Notes under the pieces: generated by a model
Seen by the model: the letters and a program-made list of their open reading frames with translations, nothing else
Told to the model about the DNA's origin: nothing
Databases searched by the model: none
In this document: in pieces, positions 20,209-29,636 of the stretch
How positions within the stretch are numbered: position 1 is the first letter of the stretch
How the letters are laid out: each line of letters begins with the position of its first letter
Program-made: the position numbers and the translations under genes
Source of the DNA: a virus
Strand: one strand, 5' to 3'
IMG/VR virus record: IMGVR_UViG_3300012953_006207
Span: 16,697-80,696 of that record
DNA: 64,000 bases

Positions 20209-20514
20209 ATGCAAAACGGCTACAAGTTTAATGAAGATACTGGAAAATATGAGTGGGGAGAACATTCCTATCAACCAGACCAGTACGAACTCAACAAGAT
20301 TGCGGGTACGCTTAAAACTCCAGTAAAGGCTTTATTTGATGAGAAAAAAGAGTTAGAAGAATTACTTCGCATCGACGTAGAACAATTTACAGACTGGTGC
20401 ATAGAAAAAGATGAAGAAATAGAACTATTATACAAGATAGATGGAACTAAAATTCCGATAGAAGATTTTGCCCGTACCTTATACAATAAAAACAAAGAAT
20501 TGAAGTTTATTTAA
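20209..20514 (+). CDS. Hypothetical protein
   Basis: GGAGG SD. Confidence 0.65.
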   Translation: MQNGYKFNEDTGKYEWGEHSYQPDQYELNKIAGTLKTPVKALFDEKKELEELLRIDVEQFTDWCIEKDEEIELLYKIDGTKIPIEDFARTLYNKNKELKFI

Positions 20515-20667
20515 TATGAGAAAACTGATGCTAATGATGTTCGTTTTAGGTGGCTGTACCTCAGAACCAGAGTCCCCTACGGAACAGGACGATAATGCCC
20601 CCAGAAACGATTCTAAGGACGTTTCAGACGAAACTACCCCTACGATATACCTCAACGATTACAGGGC

Positions 20668-21003
20668 ATGAAAAAGGAATCTTACAGCTTTGAAGATTTG
20701 GGAGATTATATTGATTGTGGAAATAATCTAGCCTTTGGAGATGACATTCAGCTTTTTGCCCAAGAACACGGTTGGGATGGCCGATTAATAACTCACAACG
20801 AATTCTGGTCTCAGAGAATGGGTGCTGGCCCCGATGCTCTTACATGGCAGGACTATCACCATGCATACCAAGAAGCAACGGCGTATATGAACGAGAACTT
20901 CTTGCCACGTCACGGGGAACCAATCGGCAGTATTGCATGGCGTTTTAATGGAGATATGAGTAAATGGGGACTTTATTCCATAAATAATAAGGAACAACAA
21001 TAA
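20668..21003 (+). CDS. Hypothetical protein
   Basis: 111-aa ORF in the co-oriented run. Confidence 0.6.
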   Translation: MKKESYSFEDLGDYIDCGNNLAFGDDIQLFAQEHGWDGRLITHNEFWSQRMGAGPDALTWQDYHHAYQEATAYMNENFLPRHGEPIGSIAWRFNGDMSKWGLYSINNKEQQ

Positions 21004-21879
21004 CTATCCTATTTCATATATAAATAGAACTAAAAACAAACCTAATAATATATAACATGAGTGATATTCCTTTTATAATTTTCGCAGCAGTTGTTTGGTA
21101 CTGGGTCTACTCTGGGCTTTGCTCCGTGAAAGACCACCTCAAATAGGAAACCCCTGTTTTTACGATACGAAACGTACTACCGCGTTCCGTTCGGAACACA
21201 AAGCTATATAAGCCATATACATATAAATAAACAAAGGATAATAGGGTTTAGAATTAAGTGTTGGGTAGTGCCTTTCTTTTATTTATGCAAATAATAATGT
21301 AAATAAATTCTTTTACATTTAAATAAAACAAAATATATTAAAAAACCCTAACCAAGGAACCTTAACTGAGAAACCAAGACCACAAACTACAACCGGAACC
21401 ACAGTCTATGTTCGGGTTCACAAACCAGTTCAGTACAAACCAGTTCAAGTGTATAGATATGAAAGCTAATAAGCTAAATAAAGAAATTCCTCTGCCGAAT
21501 CACACGGCAACAACCGAGGAACTCAGCCAAATGCTGGGGGAGGACTTAATAAAAAAGAAAAATAAAAATTATATCAAAAAATCAATATGTTCGGTCAAGC
21601 TTTACAGATTTTTAAACCGTTATGGCAAAGGCGACTGGTCTACAGACGCAACAAAATACTTTGCCAAACAAACGAAATAAAGCCAAATAAACACAGAAGA
21701 AAGCGGGCGTTTTATGCGCCCATTTTTTTTAATTATTTTAAATCATTTTTAATTAATTTAAATGCTTTTAAAACAATAAACGGCCCTTTCATTAATTTAA
21801 ATCAATTTTCATTTTTTTATATTTTAATAAATAAAAGTTATGGCTTGACCTTATTCCAAAAATTAAATACAAAAGGAGT

Positions 21880-22143
21880 ATGCAAATGACTACAGAAAAG
21901 AAATCTAAATCAGACAATAAGAAGTCAATCGAGTTGATGACCGCGCTTTACAAAAAACATTACGACGAACTTTGGTCTAAGCTGCCCCCGACTTCTCAGC
22001 AGTTAATCATAGAAGACCCTCTTGGGCGACGTGCAAAAAGCTTTGCTCATGAGGTTGCAAAGAAAGCAGAGTCCGAGGCGTATGACTTGGAGAAGATCAA
22101 AGCCAAAGTAAAAGAGAATCTAAAAAAGTATTTAGAGAAATAG
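21880..22143 (+). CDS. Hypothetical early protein
   Basis: Promoter TTGACC at 21845; AGGAG SD. Confidence 0.65.
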   Translation: MQMTTEKKSKSDNKKSIELMTALYKKHYDELWSKLPPTSQQLIIEDPLGRRAKSFAHEVAKKAESEAYDLEKIKAKVKENLKKYLEK

Positions 22144-22168
22144 TGTCTCACCTACTTGTGACACATAG

Positions 22169-22261
22169 TTTTGCCAAATGTCGTTTTTCGGCCAAATAAT
22201 TTAGCCAAACGTCTGAAAATTCCCAAATAATTTAGCCAAATGTAGATTTTGGCCCAAATAA
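22169..22261. repeat. Three tandem 31-bp repeats (TTTWGCCAAAYGT...CCAAATAA); a fourth copy at 5867-5897
   Basis: CCAAA cores at 22174, 22192, 22205, 22223, 22236 and 22254 (18/13 spacing, 31-bp period). Confidence 0.75.
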
Positions 22262-22265
22262 GCTA

Positions 22266-22281
22266 TGGCATACCATCTGCT
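22266..22281 (+). promoter_or_regulatory. Sigma54 -24/-12 promoter of hsp20
   Basis: TGGCATACCATCTGCT fits TGGCA-N-GC with GG-N10-GC spacing. Confidence 0.55.
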
Positions 22282-22297
22282 CGTAGTACTTATGCAT

Positions 22298-22621
22298 ATG
22301 ACTAATTATATCAATAACAGAATTAAAAATTTTATGGATGATGAATATACTCATTCTTTATTTCATTATGAAATTGATGATAACCCCAACGAAGTGAAGT
22401 TGAATCTCGCGGGCATTAAAAAAAATGAAATACGAATCCAAATACACGGGAATCTATTAAAGATAAAAGCCGAGTCGGAACTTGATAAGAGTTTAAAGTA
22501 CAACCACACAGTTCGCCTCCGCAGTAACGTGGATACAGATTCTATTAAAGCTAAATACGAAGATGGTTTACTTACTATAAATATAGAAAACAAAAAATCT
22601 AAAACCATTGACATAGAATAA
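22298..22621 (+). CDS. Small heat shock protein (Hsp20/alpha-crystallin)
   Basis: LAGIKKNEI.I...GNLL.I and VD.DSIKAKYEDGLLTI motifs; start uncertain (22292/22298/22334). Confidence 0.88.
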   Translation: MTNYINNRIKNFMDDEYTHSLFHYEIDDNPNEVKLNLAGIKKNEIRIQIHGNLLKIKAESELDKSLKYNHTVRLRSNVDTDSIKAKYEDGLLTINIENKKSKTIDIE

Positions 22622-22696
22622 AAAATAATGTAGTACTGTATCAGTACTAAGTTCGAAAAGTCGTTCATCTGTCTTCTTGTTCTTTGTATGTCTCGA

Positions 22697-22744
22697 GACC
22701 CCGCTGGCTAGTTGCTCATACAAGCTGGTGGGGTTTTTCTTTTT
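22697..22744 (+). terminator. Rho-independent terminator
   Basis: GACCCCGCTGGCT...AGCTGGTGGGGTT stem followed by a T tract. Confidence 0.65.
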
Positions 22745-22800
22745 CAATTAATTCCATTTTTTTATTTGACCTTATTCCAAAAATAATGCCTAATAGATTT

Positions 22801-23046
22801 ATGGCAGGAAACAAGAATTCAGGAAAGAAGAAGGGTGCTACGAGTTTTATTGCTATCCCTTTATGTAAGGTGGCAGAAGTGGTTATGCCTAACGCAGAGA
22901 TTATTGTATCGCGCAAGTGGGCAGAAGCTTTGGGTCTCGCTGACGCTGGCACAGCACGTAAGCTATCGATGAAACAAGGCACGGCAGAAAGCATGTCGAA
23001 GCCCATTAATATTAATGAAAAAGAAATGGATGCAATCGACTTTTAG
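22801..23046 (+). CDS. Hypothetical early protein
   Basis: Promoter TTGACC at 22766 puts +1 at ATG 22801 (MAGNKN). Confidence 0.65.
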   Translation: MAGNKNSGKKKGATSFIAIPLCKVAEVVMPNAEIIVSRKWAEALGLADAGTARKLSMKQGTAESMSKPININEKEMDAIDF

Positions 23047-23084
23047 TCGTTGACCTTATTCCAGAAAAAGATAATACTCAGAAC

Positions 23085-24065
23085 ATGGACACAAACAAGT
23101 TATTCCCGAATGTTGTTGGCCAAAGCAAAGTGAAGCGCAAGCTCGCTTTTTACGCCAAAAATTACAAAGCGAACAGTCGCATTCCTCATCTGTTCTTTTC
23201 TGCGCCCAAGGGTGCAGGTAAGACTCATGTCGCTACGGCGATGAGTCGCTTGCTCGCCTCTCGCGAGAACGAGGGCAAGGCCAAGGTTTTGCGTACTGTC
23301 AACTGCTCTGAGTTCAAGGGCTTGGCAAAGTTCGTCAACGAGTTCCTTATTCCCAAGGTGGTTGACCAAGAGGTGACCGTGTTCTTTGACGAGTGTCACA
23401 TGATGCCCAAGCAAATCGCTAATGCATTGCTGACTATCCTCAACCCCAACAAGGATAGGCGTACTCAGTATTCCTACGAGGATTTCGACATGGACTTCGA
23501 TTTCACTCGTCAGTCTTTCATGATGGCGACCACCGAATACGACAAGGTATTCGAACCTTTGAAGTCTCGGTTCACTGAGATTACTCTCCAAGAGTACTCG
23601 TTGGAGGAGTTGGGCAAGATTGTCTCCTATAACCTTGATGGTTATGATTTCGAGGATGGCGTGTTGGAGGACATCGCCAGCGTTACCCGTGGCAATGCTC
23701 GCACGGCAACCACTCTGGCCGACGACATCAAAGACAATTTGGATATGCTCGGCACTACTGAGTTGACCAATGACATCTGGGATTACTTCAAGTACGCCCA
23801 CAACTTGAATCCGCTCGGCTTGTTCGAACGCGAGATTGGCGTACTCAACGTCCTTAACGAGAATCATCCGTCTCCGGTCAGCGTGTCTTTTGTTTGCGCT
23901 AATGTTGGAGATACCCTCGGCACTGTTCAGAATTACGAGAGGATGCTTATGAAGAATGGCCTCATGGAACGTGAGAATAACTGCCAGCGGTTAATTACCG
24001 CCAAAGGTCGCGATTACCTCACCAACCTAGAGGAGATAACCCAAAAGAATAAAGCATATGCATAA
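23085..24065 (+). CDS. ruvB: RuvB-like AAA+ ATPase (Holliday junction branch-migration motor-like)
   Basis: VVGQ, Walker A APKGAGKT, Walker B FFDECH, ATTE...PL.SRF, Y..EEL..I, RGNAR and a C-terminal YE..L...GL...R..T..G winged helix. Confidence 0.75.
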   Translation: MDTNKLFPNVVGQSKVKRKLAFYAKNYKANSRIPHLFFSAPKGAGKTHVATAMSRLLASRENEGKAKVLRTVNCSEFKGLAKFVNEFLIPKVVDQEVTVFFDECHMMPKQIANALLTILNPNKDRRTQYSYEDFDMDFDFTRQSFMMATTEYDKVFEPLKSRFTEITLQEYSLEELGKIVSYNLDGYDFEDGVLEDIASVTRGNARTATTLADDIKDNLDMLGTTELTNDIWDYFKYAHNLNPLGLFEREIGVLNVLNENHPSPVSVSFVCANVGDTLGTVQNYERMLMKNGLMERENNCQRLITAKGRDYLTNLEEITQKNKAYA

Positions 24066-24122
24066 AGACTGTACTGCATAGCAAGCGCGTTATAATTCGG
24101 GTTGTGCGCGTTTGTGTCCTAA

Positions 24123-24160
24123 GGCCCCACTTGAGATTGTCTGCTCAGGTGGGGTTTTTT
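24123..24160 (+). terminator. Rho-independent terminator
   Basis: GGCCCCACTTGAG/CTCAGGTGGGGTT stem followed by T6. Confidence 0.75.
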
Positions 24161-24199
24161 AATTTGACGTTTGCCGTGCGTGGTATTAAATTTTTTGAA

Positions 24200-24445
24200 A
24201 TGGAAACGATCATCACAAAGAGGAAGAAGAATCGATCAGATCACATTCATTCCAAAGTTAAAAACGTTTACAAAGTAATTATTGTTGAGCACGAGGGAGA
24301 GATGTGGGAAGTAGAGGAATGCCATAAGCTGAAAACAAATTTAGAAGATTTCAAAATCTCTCGCCAAGGGAAGTGGAGAAAAGTGGATAAGAGGAAGTTT
24401 ACCGCTAATACTATTAATGATATAGATTGTTATCGAACTCGTTAA
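24200..24445 (+). CDS. Hypothetical protein
   Basis: ATG 24200 (METIIT) downstream of a TTGACG...TATTAA promoter-like sequence. Confidence 0.55.
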   Translation: METIITKRKKNRSDHIHSKVKNVYKVIIVEHEGEMWEVEECHKLKTNLEDFKISRQGKWRKVDKRKFTANTINDIDCYRTR

Positions 24446-24473
24446 TTTCTCACAGCGTCACCTCACCCACCAC

Positions 24474-24508
24474 AAAGTAGGGACCTTAATTGGTCCCTGC
24501 TTTCTTTT
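24474..24508 (+). terminator. Rho-independent terminator
   Basis: AAAGTAGGGACC/GGTCCCTGCTTT stem followed by a T tract. Confidence 0.7.
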
Positions 24509-24652
24509 GTAGGTGTATATATACTCGATGGTAAGAGTACACTTTGACAGGTTATGTCTCGCTTAATTGCCAACCAACTAGACCATCAATAAGATCAAAA
24601 TAATCCATTTTTCCCAAATAAAGCAAATAAGGCAAATAAGTATTTTTTAGTG

Positions 24653-24729
24653 TTGACTTCCCCCCCCAGACCCCCGTGTCATCAGCCAAGGCTTGGCCAA
24701 TGACGTGGGGTCCCCAATTTTGCGTCAAG
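24653..24729. repeat. GC-rich palindromic element, copy 1
   Basis: TTGAC..CCCCCCCAGACCCCCGTGTCAT-cagccaaggcttggcca-ATGACGTGGGGTCCCCAATTTTGCGTCAAG. Confidence 0.9.
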
Positions 24730-24865
24730 TATAAAAGCGGTATTTCATGCAGAAAAAAAAGTACTTATAACGCAAAAAAAACCTTGGCCTAAATCCAGAA
24801 ATTGATTAATCTAAGTACAGAGTTAAGAGACACAACAAAGAAACAAGAAAGCGAGAATACATATT

Positions 24866-25792
24866 ATGCCTATCCTAAAACAAACCACTTCCGACTTCGA
24901 CTACAACGTGGCTACCGTGCCGACTTACGTCAAAGACCCTCACACGGGCGAGTTCATTCGCACCGGAGTCCACGCCAACCAGCGACAAGATGACGGGCGC
25001 GTGGTCGGCCCTATCGTTTCGCATCGTTACGGGCTTGCCCAGAATAGCGATGTCATCAACATTGGCGAAGCTGCCATGCGTAACGCTGGCTTGCCGATGG
25101 ATTCGGTGGAACGTAACGTGTCCGTGTACGGTGACGGCGAACGTATGCGCGTCACTTGGGATTTCCGCGACCAAACCAAGGCCGTGCGCGTTGAAGACCG
25201 CAAGGTCGGTGATGAGTTGGGCTTGCGCTTGTCACTGCAAAACTCCTTCAACCGCGAGACGAAGCTCTCGCTTAACCTTGGCTTGCTTCGCCTTGTTTGC
25301 TCCAATGGCATGACAGCCTTGGACAACGAGTTCGGGCTTTCCCAGAAGCATAACTCCAAGTTGAACCTCGGCGCGATGTCCAGCGCATTGTCTCGCGCTT
25401 TGGAGTCGTTCAACTCCGGTGCTGCTACCGAGGTTTTCCACTTGCTCGCCTCCAAAGAGGTCGAACAGGAACAGGGACTCATTGCCCTGCAAAACATGGT
25501 CAACGACAAGTTGTTCAGCGAACGCACTCGCAAGGGCATTGCCGAAATTTGGAATGCTCCAACCTTCGACGAAGACGGTGACCGCAACCTGTACAACCTG
25601 TACAACGCGGGTACTCAGTACCTCACGCACTCCATCGCGGACAATCGCCGTGAACTTGCGGAGAAGACTTCGCGCCGACTGCTCACCACGCTGAACACGG
25701 CGGTGCGTTCCGAGGCAAACCTGACAACCCTCATCACTCCGCGCAAGACGCTGCAAGTGGTCGAGACTGTCGAGGACTCCCTCGCCATCTAA
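24866..25792 (+). CDS. DUF932/DUF945 family protein
   Basis: VS.RY...QN, L.LQNSF and RLVCSNGM...H motifs, plus NLYNLYNA.TQY.TH; GC-rich codon usage. Confidence 0.85.
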   Translation: MPILKQTTSDFDYNVATVPTYVKDPHTGEFIRTGVHANQRQDDGRVVGPIVSHRYGLAQNSDVINIGEAAMRNAGLPMDSVERNVSVYGDGERMRVTWDFRDQTKAVRVEDRKVGDELGLRLSLQNSFNRETKLSLNLGLLRLVCSNGMTALDNEFGLSQKHNSKLNLGAMSSALSRALESFNSGAATEVFHLLASKEVEQEQGLIALQNMVNDKLFSERTRKGIAEIWNAPTFDEDGDRNLYNLYNAGTQYLTHSIADNRRELAEKTSRRLLTTLNTAVRSEANLTTLITPRKTLQVVETVEDSLAI

Positions 25793-25812
25793 GGGTAGGC
25801 TACCCAACCCAC

Positions 25813-25859
25813 AAATCCCTCGCCCTCTCCCCCATCCACGGGGGCGGGGGATTTTTTTT
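25813..25859 (+). terminator. Rho-independent terminator
   Basis: AAATCCCTCGCCC/GGGCGGGGGATTT stem followed by T8. Confidence 0.7.
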
Positions 25860-26024
25860 GTATTAATTAAATGCTTTTATTAGCGCGTCATTTCTGAGCG
25901 ACAAATCAATTTGCCAACCAAAAAACGCAGAAAGTGATCGGCAAGTTTTCGTGAAAAGGGGGGTTTTCTCGTGTGCGAAATTCGCCCGAAATACGAAATC
26001 TTCACGGGCTGTTGACAAGAAAAG

Positions 26025-26106
26025 CTTGACGGCAAATTGGGGACCCCATGTCATTAGCCAAGATTTGGCCAATGACGCGGGGGTCTGGGGGGGCATGGAA
26101 CTTGCT
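26025..26106. repeat. GC-rich palindromic element, copy 2 (inverted relative to copy 1), with sigma54-like site
   Basis: CTTGACGGCAAATTGGGGACCCCATGTCAT...ATGACGCGGGGGTCTGGGGGGG-CATGGAACTTGC. Confidence 0.9.
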
Positions 26107-26166
26107 CATTAAAAAAAATGCTTTTCCTGTATTGACTTATTCCAAGAATTAAACGATATTTAGGTT

Positions 26167-26376
26167 ATGGACGCTTTCAGAATCGCATTGGACACCAAAA
26201 GAAGGCATGGGTACAACTATCAAAATGGACGGTGGATTCGTGGCTTTCAACACAACGGAACTGCGGATGATGAAATTCGTTGGATGAAATGGCAAAGACT
26301 AGAAAAAGCATTGCGAACGATAGATGAAAACACTTCTTACGAGGACATAATTAAAAAAGTGATGGGAGGCGAGTAA
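26167..26376 (+). CDS. Hypothetical early protein
   Basis: TTGACT-17-GATATT at 26132-26160, ATG 6 nt later. Confidence 0.7.
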   Translation: MDAFRIALDTKRRHGYNYQNGRWIRGFQHNGTADDEIRWMKWQRLEKALRTIDENTSYEDIIKKVMGGE

Positions 26377-26927
26377 TGAGTTTTAATGATGATAAAAAAG
26401 AAATTCAAGAACGAGTCATAGACTTAATTGATAAAACGAATGATAAGTTTGGCTTGGGCATGGCGTACCCGACTATCACCTACGACCTAAAAGGTACGGT
26501 GGCGGGTCAGGCATTCTATTATGAGAATAAGTTGAGACTTAATTCTATAGCACTTAAAAAGTACCGCGAACATTTTATTGAACAAACTGTTGGGCATGAA
26601 GTTGCTCACCTCACTGCGTTCAAACGACACGGCGGTGGGATTTCTCCTCATGGAACCGAATGGAAGAACTTCATGAGATTCTTCCGTCTCCCACCAGACC
26701 GTTGCCATACTTATGATTTGCCATCCGCTCGCGGTGGGGGCAGGAAGCGATACGTTTGCCAGAGTTGCCCCAAAGAGTTTAGCCTCAGCACAATCAAACA
26801 CAACAGGTGGCTGCGCGGTGAAAGCAAGCTCAGTTGCCAACGGTGTGGTGGTAAAGTTGTGTGGGAAAACACAGTGCCACAAAAGAAAAAGCCCTCGGAA
26901 GTAGGAATGGACTTGATTGAATTCTAG
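26376..26927 (+). CDS. SprT-like zinc metalloprotease
   Basis: AG.A, HEVAHL, PHG.EWK..M and C-terminal CxxC...CxxC motifs. Confidence 0.88.
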   Translation: MSFNDDKKEIQERVIDLIDKTNDKFGLGMAYPTITYDLKGTVAGQAFYYENKLRLNSIALKKYREHFIEQTVGHEVAHLTAFKRHGGGISPHGTEWKNFMRFFRLPPDRCHTYDLPSARGGGRKRYVCQSCPKEFSLSTIKHNRWLRGESKLSCQRCGGKVVWENTVPQKKKPSEVGMDLIEF

Positions 26928-26947
26928 AAATGGAATAGTATAAGATT

Positions 26948-27199
26948 ATGAGAATGAAAGAAGCAATTAACGGCAGACTAGTTTACAACCAGAAGCGCAA
27001 CCAAGTGGAACGGATTCGCTCTACCAACCTCAACGGCTCGAGTCTGATGGTGTCTCGGCACGGCGATGACTTGATGGCAGCTAAGCTCTCAGACCTTAGG
27101 TATGCCACTCAGAACGAGGTTGATGTTTATAAGGCTGAGACTGCCGTCAACCAATCGATGCAAAACGGAATTGTCACACGCAACGGAGTGACAGTCTAA
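26948..27199 (+). CDS. Hypothetical protein
   Basis: 83-aa ORF followed by a terminator. Confidence 0.7.
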   Translation: MRMKEAINGRLVYNQKRNQVERIRSTNLNGSSLMVSRHGDDLMAAKLSDLRYATQNEVDVYKAETAVNQSMQNGIVTRNGVTV

Positions 27200-27211
27200 C
27201 TTTACTCGCTC

Positions 27212-27257
27212 GGCGGGTGGAGGGTTTTTCCGCTGGCCCTCCGCCCGCTTTCTTTTT
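27212..27257 (+). terminator. Rho-independent terminator
   Basis: GCGGGTGGAGGG/CCCTCCGCCCGC stem followed by a T tract. Confidence 0.75.
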
Positions 27258-27424
27258 CTGGACTTATTCTAAGAATTAGTGTAGATTGGAGTATGAAGAA
27301 TGAAACTATCTCACCAACGCAACAAGTACGGCTTCACCTAGGCTGTATATTTATACAACTTAAAAACAATCGGATGTCTAAGATTTGGTGGCATCTGAAA
27401 GGAATAGTTCGCTCTTTAATCTAA

Positions 27425-27880
27425 ATGAAAAAAAATGCTATTTATATCACTCTTTTGTTTCTTAGTTTTGCTCTCAATGCTGGGAAGAAGGACCTGACAG
27501 ACCAACAAGTTGTAGCTCTCACGATTCTCGGGGAGGCGCGTGGAGAAGGGGCGGGGGGTATGTATGGCGTCGCCTGTGTTATAGCCGAACGCTCTATCAA
27601 CTGGAAAAGGAACGGGCGCAAACAAACTCCCCGACAGGTATGTTTAGTAGACAAACAATTCGAATGTTGGAACAACGGAAAGATACCCAGCGAAAGATTA
27701 CTTGATACCCCACAAGGAAAGTATGCTCTTTATTTGGCTATGAATATAAAAAGAGTAGACCGTAGCTATGTAAACTTTGCTGACCATTTTTGTCATATCA
27801 AAAAAAATCCATATTGGGCGAGTGGACGCAAGCCAGTAGCTATCATAAAAAAACATAAGTTCTTCAAACTCAGGGGTTGA
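27425..27880 (+). CDS. Cell wall hydrolase, SleB/Hydrolase_2 family, with signal peptide
   Basis: A.TI.GEARGEG..GM..VA.VI, QFECWN, PYWA and H.FFK motifs. Confidence 0.88.
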   Translation: MKKNAIYITLLFLSFALNAGKKDLTDQQVVALTILGEARGEGAGGMYGVACVIAERSINWKRNGRKQTPRQVCLVDKQFECWNNGKIPSERLLDTPQGKYALYLAMNIKRVDRSYVNFADHFCHIKKNPYWASGRKPVAIIKKHKFFKLRG

Positions 27881-27911
27881 CTTATTCCAAGAATTAACCG
27901 ATACTGAATAC

Positions 27912-28202
27912 ATGGTAAGCGGATTGGTTAAACTACAGGCTAAAGAGGACGCACGTTCTTCCACCAAAAAAAGCATCGAAAAGCACGGGCCGTGGTTCGT
28001 GGTTGCTCGCGATTTCGTGCGAGACACAAAAGGACGCTTGGGGTATTACGTTTACCCCGCCAACGATGTAACGAATCTGCTCATGCAAAGCATGGCCGAC
28101 AAACGCGCAGGGTGTGAGTCTGCGTTGCCCCATCTATGGTCGGGCGTTCTGCGTCACGACGAGTGCGAACTCCTCAAGGGTTCAGCGAATATGTACCCTT
28201 AA
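27912..28202 (+). CDS. Hypothetical early protein
   Basis: TTGACT-17-GATACT at 27877-27905, ATG 6 nt later. Confidence 0.7.
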   Translation: MVSGLVKLQAKEDARSSTKKSIEKHGPWFVVARDFVRDTKGRLGYYVYPANDVTNLLMQSMADKRAGCESALPHLWSGVLRHDECELLKGSANMYP

Positions 28203-28246
28203 TTGCGTTGACTTATTCCAACAATTAACCCATAATTAGAAATCTT

Positions 28247-28600
28247 ATGAAAGCGGAACCATTAAAATCAAATCACTACAACCAAGCTCAAGAACTTGGT
28301 ATAACTAAAATCGTTCTCGAATGGTCGGGAGGAAGCGACGAGGGGCATCTCCATGTTTCTACTCAAGTAGCCGACAGGTTGGACGAAATCTCTGACGAGA
28401 AGCGTAAAACGATATATAGACTTGAAAGCGACATTGAGGAGTGGGGTTATGACGTTTACGAATATAGTGGCGCGGGTGACGGCAATCCCTACGGAGACAC
28501 AATTAAGTACGACCTTGTAAAAGGTACAGTCTCAACTGTGGAATGGTATACCAAAGAAGTCTACGACGAACCAGAAACTTTCACCTTGTCCGTTGATTAG
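28247..28600 (+). CDS. Conserved hypothetical protein (SGGSDEG motif; DUF6878-like)
   Basis: GI..I...WSGG.D.G pattern; adjacent to a DUF6915-like gene. Confidence 0.6.
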   Translation: MKAEPLKSNHYNQAQELGITKIVLEWSGGSDEGHLHVSTQVADRLDEISDEKRKTIYRLESDIEEWGYDVYEYSGAGDGNPYGDTIKYDLVKGTVSTVEWYTKEVYDEPETFTLSVD

Positions 28601-28602
28601 AC

Positions 28603-28959
28603 ATGACGCCTTGGAAACACGCTGAATCCTCTGTTGCCCGATGGGGTGGAGAACCTACTGACTACGTTGCTCTGCATGATTGGTTTGATGAGACAAAGCA
28701 ATTCACTGGTGATTGGACTCATCGCGCATTGCGTCACCACTCTGCGGGTATTCAATGGGCCGTTGAAAGGTTTGGACACGCCATAAGAAACTCAAAGGGT
28801 AAACTTATACCAACTAAAGCACTTGCGGAACAGCACGTTACAGAGGACTGCGGATTCATTCCGACACCACAAGATTGGCTCATGCAAGTTAAAGTGAATC
28901 CAGACCCTTGGATGTTAAAAGTTAAAACTAAAAGCGTAACAAAATTGGAAGTAAAATGA
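28603..28959 (+). CDS. DUF6915-like protein
   Basis: P..HA.SS...WGG...DY...HDWFD.TK...D..HRALRHH..GI...EQHV.ED.G.IPT..DW. Confidence 0.75.
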   Translation: MTPWKHAESSVARWGGEPTDYVALHDWFDETKQFTGDWTHRALRHHSAGIQWAVERFGHAIRNSKGKLIPTKALAEQHVTEDCGFIPTPQDWLMQVKVNPDPWMLKVKTKSVTKLEVK

Positions 28960-29129
28960 AAAGATACTCAGTAAAAATTAGAGAGGTACACGAACAGCAG
29001 ATATTTGTATCAGCTAAAGATGCAGATGACGCCAAAGAAAAAGCTGCCGAAGGAGTAGGGGATTTAGCTAATGGTACAGAGTTTTTGTATGCGCTGGATT
29101 CAGACACTTGGGAAGTAGAGGAGGACTAA
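28956..29129 (+). CDS. Small DpnD/PcfM-like protein
   Basis: Hand-translated MKRYSVKIREVHEQQIFVSAKDADDAKEKA; not in the ORF track. Confidence 0.6.
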   Translation: MKRYSVKIREVHEQQIFVSAKDADDAKEKAAEGVGDLANGTEFLYALDSDTWEVEED

Positions 29130-29291
29130 ATGACCAAAGAAGAAGTCAGAGAACAAATCCAAGAGGACATAATTACCTATCTTGAAGGCTTGCCATCTGG
29201 GTGGCTGATGGGGTTTGAGAAAATGCCTCAAGAGGAAATTGATGCACTTTGCCAAATCGTAGTAGACAACTTTAAGAAATTGGAGGACTAA
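29130..29291 (+). CDS. Small hypothetical protein
   Basis: Hand-translated; GAGGAC-TAA-ATG coupling. Confidence 0.6.
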   Translation: MTKEEVREQIQEDIITYLEGLPSGWLMGFEKMPQEEIDALCQIVVDNFKKLED

Positions 29292-29294
29292 ATT

Positions 29295-29468
29295 ATGAAA
29301 TACAAAGTACCAGTTAGTTGGCAGATGTACGGTCACGTTACCGTAGAAGCAGATACGCTTGAACACGCAGCAAAAATTGCTGAATCAGACATGGGTATTG
29401 GCTTGCCTGACAATGGTGAGTATGTAGAATCATCATGGGAAGTGGATTGGGCGGTATTGGAGGACTAA
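29295..29468 (+). CDS. Small DpnD/PcfM-like protein
   Basis: Hand-translated MKYKVPVSWQMYGHVTVEADTLEHAAKIA. Confidence 0.6.
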   Translation: MKYKVPVSWQMYGHVTVEADTLEHAAKIAESDMGIGLPDNGEYVESSWEVDWAVLED

Positions 29469-29636
29469 ATGAAAACATCAGAAAGAACAGAACAACTTGC
29501 CCGTGACATGGTTGATTCATGGGATGACAAAGACTTGTATAGTTTTGCGGTAGACATGGTAACAGAGAACCTTGAGAAGTGCGACGAGGAAGAATTTAAG
29601 TCTGAATGGAATAACTATTACGGAGAGGATGCATAA
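29469..29636 (+). CDS. Small acidic protein (paralog of 14891-15121)
   Basis: Hand-translated ...LARDMVDSWDDKDLYSFAVDM...EEFKSEWNNY. Confidence 0.6.
   Translation: MKTSERTEQLARDMVDSWDDKDLYSFAVDMVTENLEKCDEEEFKSEWNNYYGEDA

Noticed and set aside
23100-25807. Long antisense ORFs (23100-23867, 25027-25605, 25232-25807)
   Set aside because: Shadows of the GC-rich, codon-biased ruvB-like and DUF932 genes
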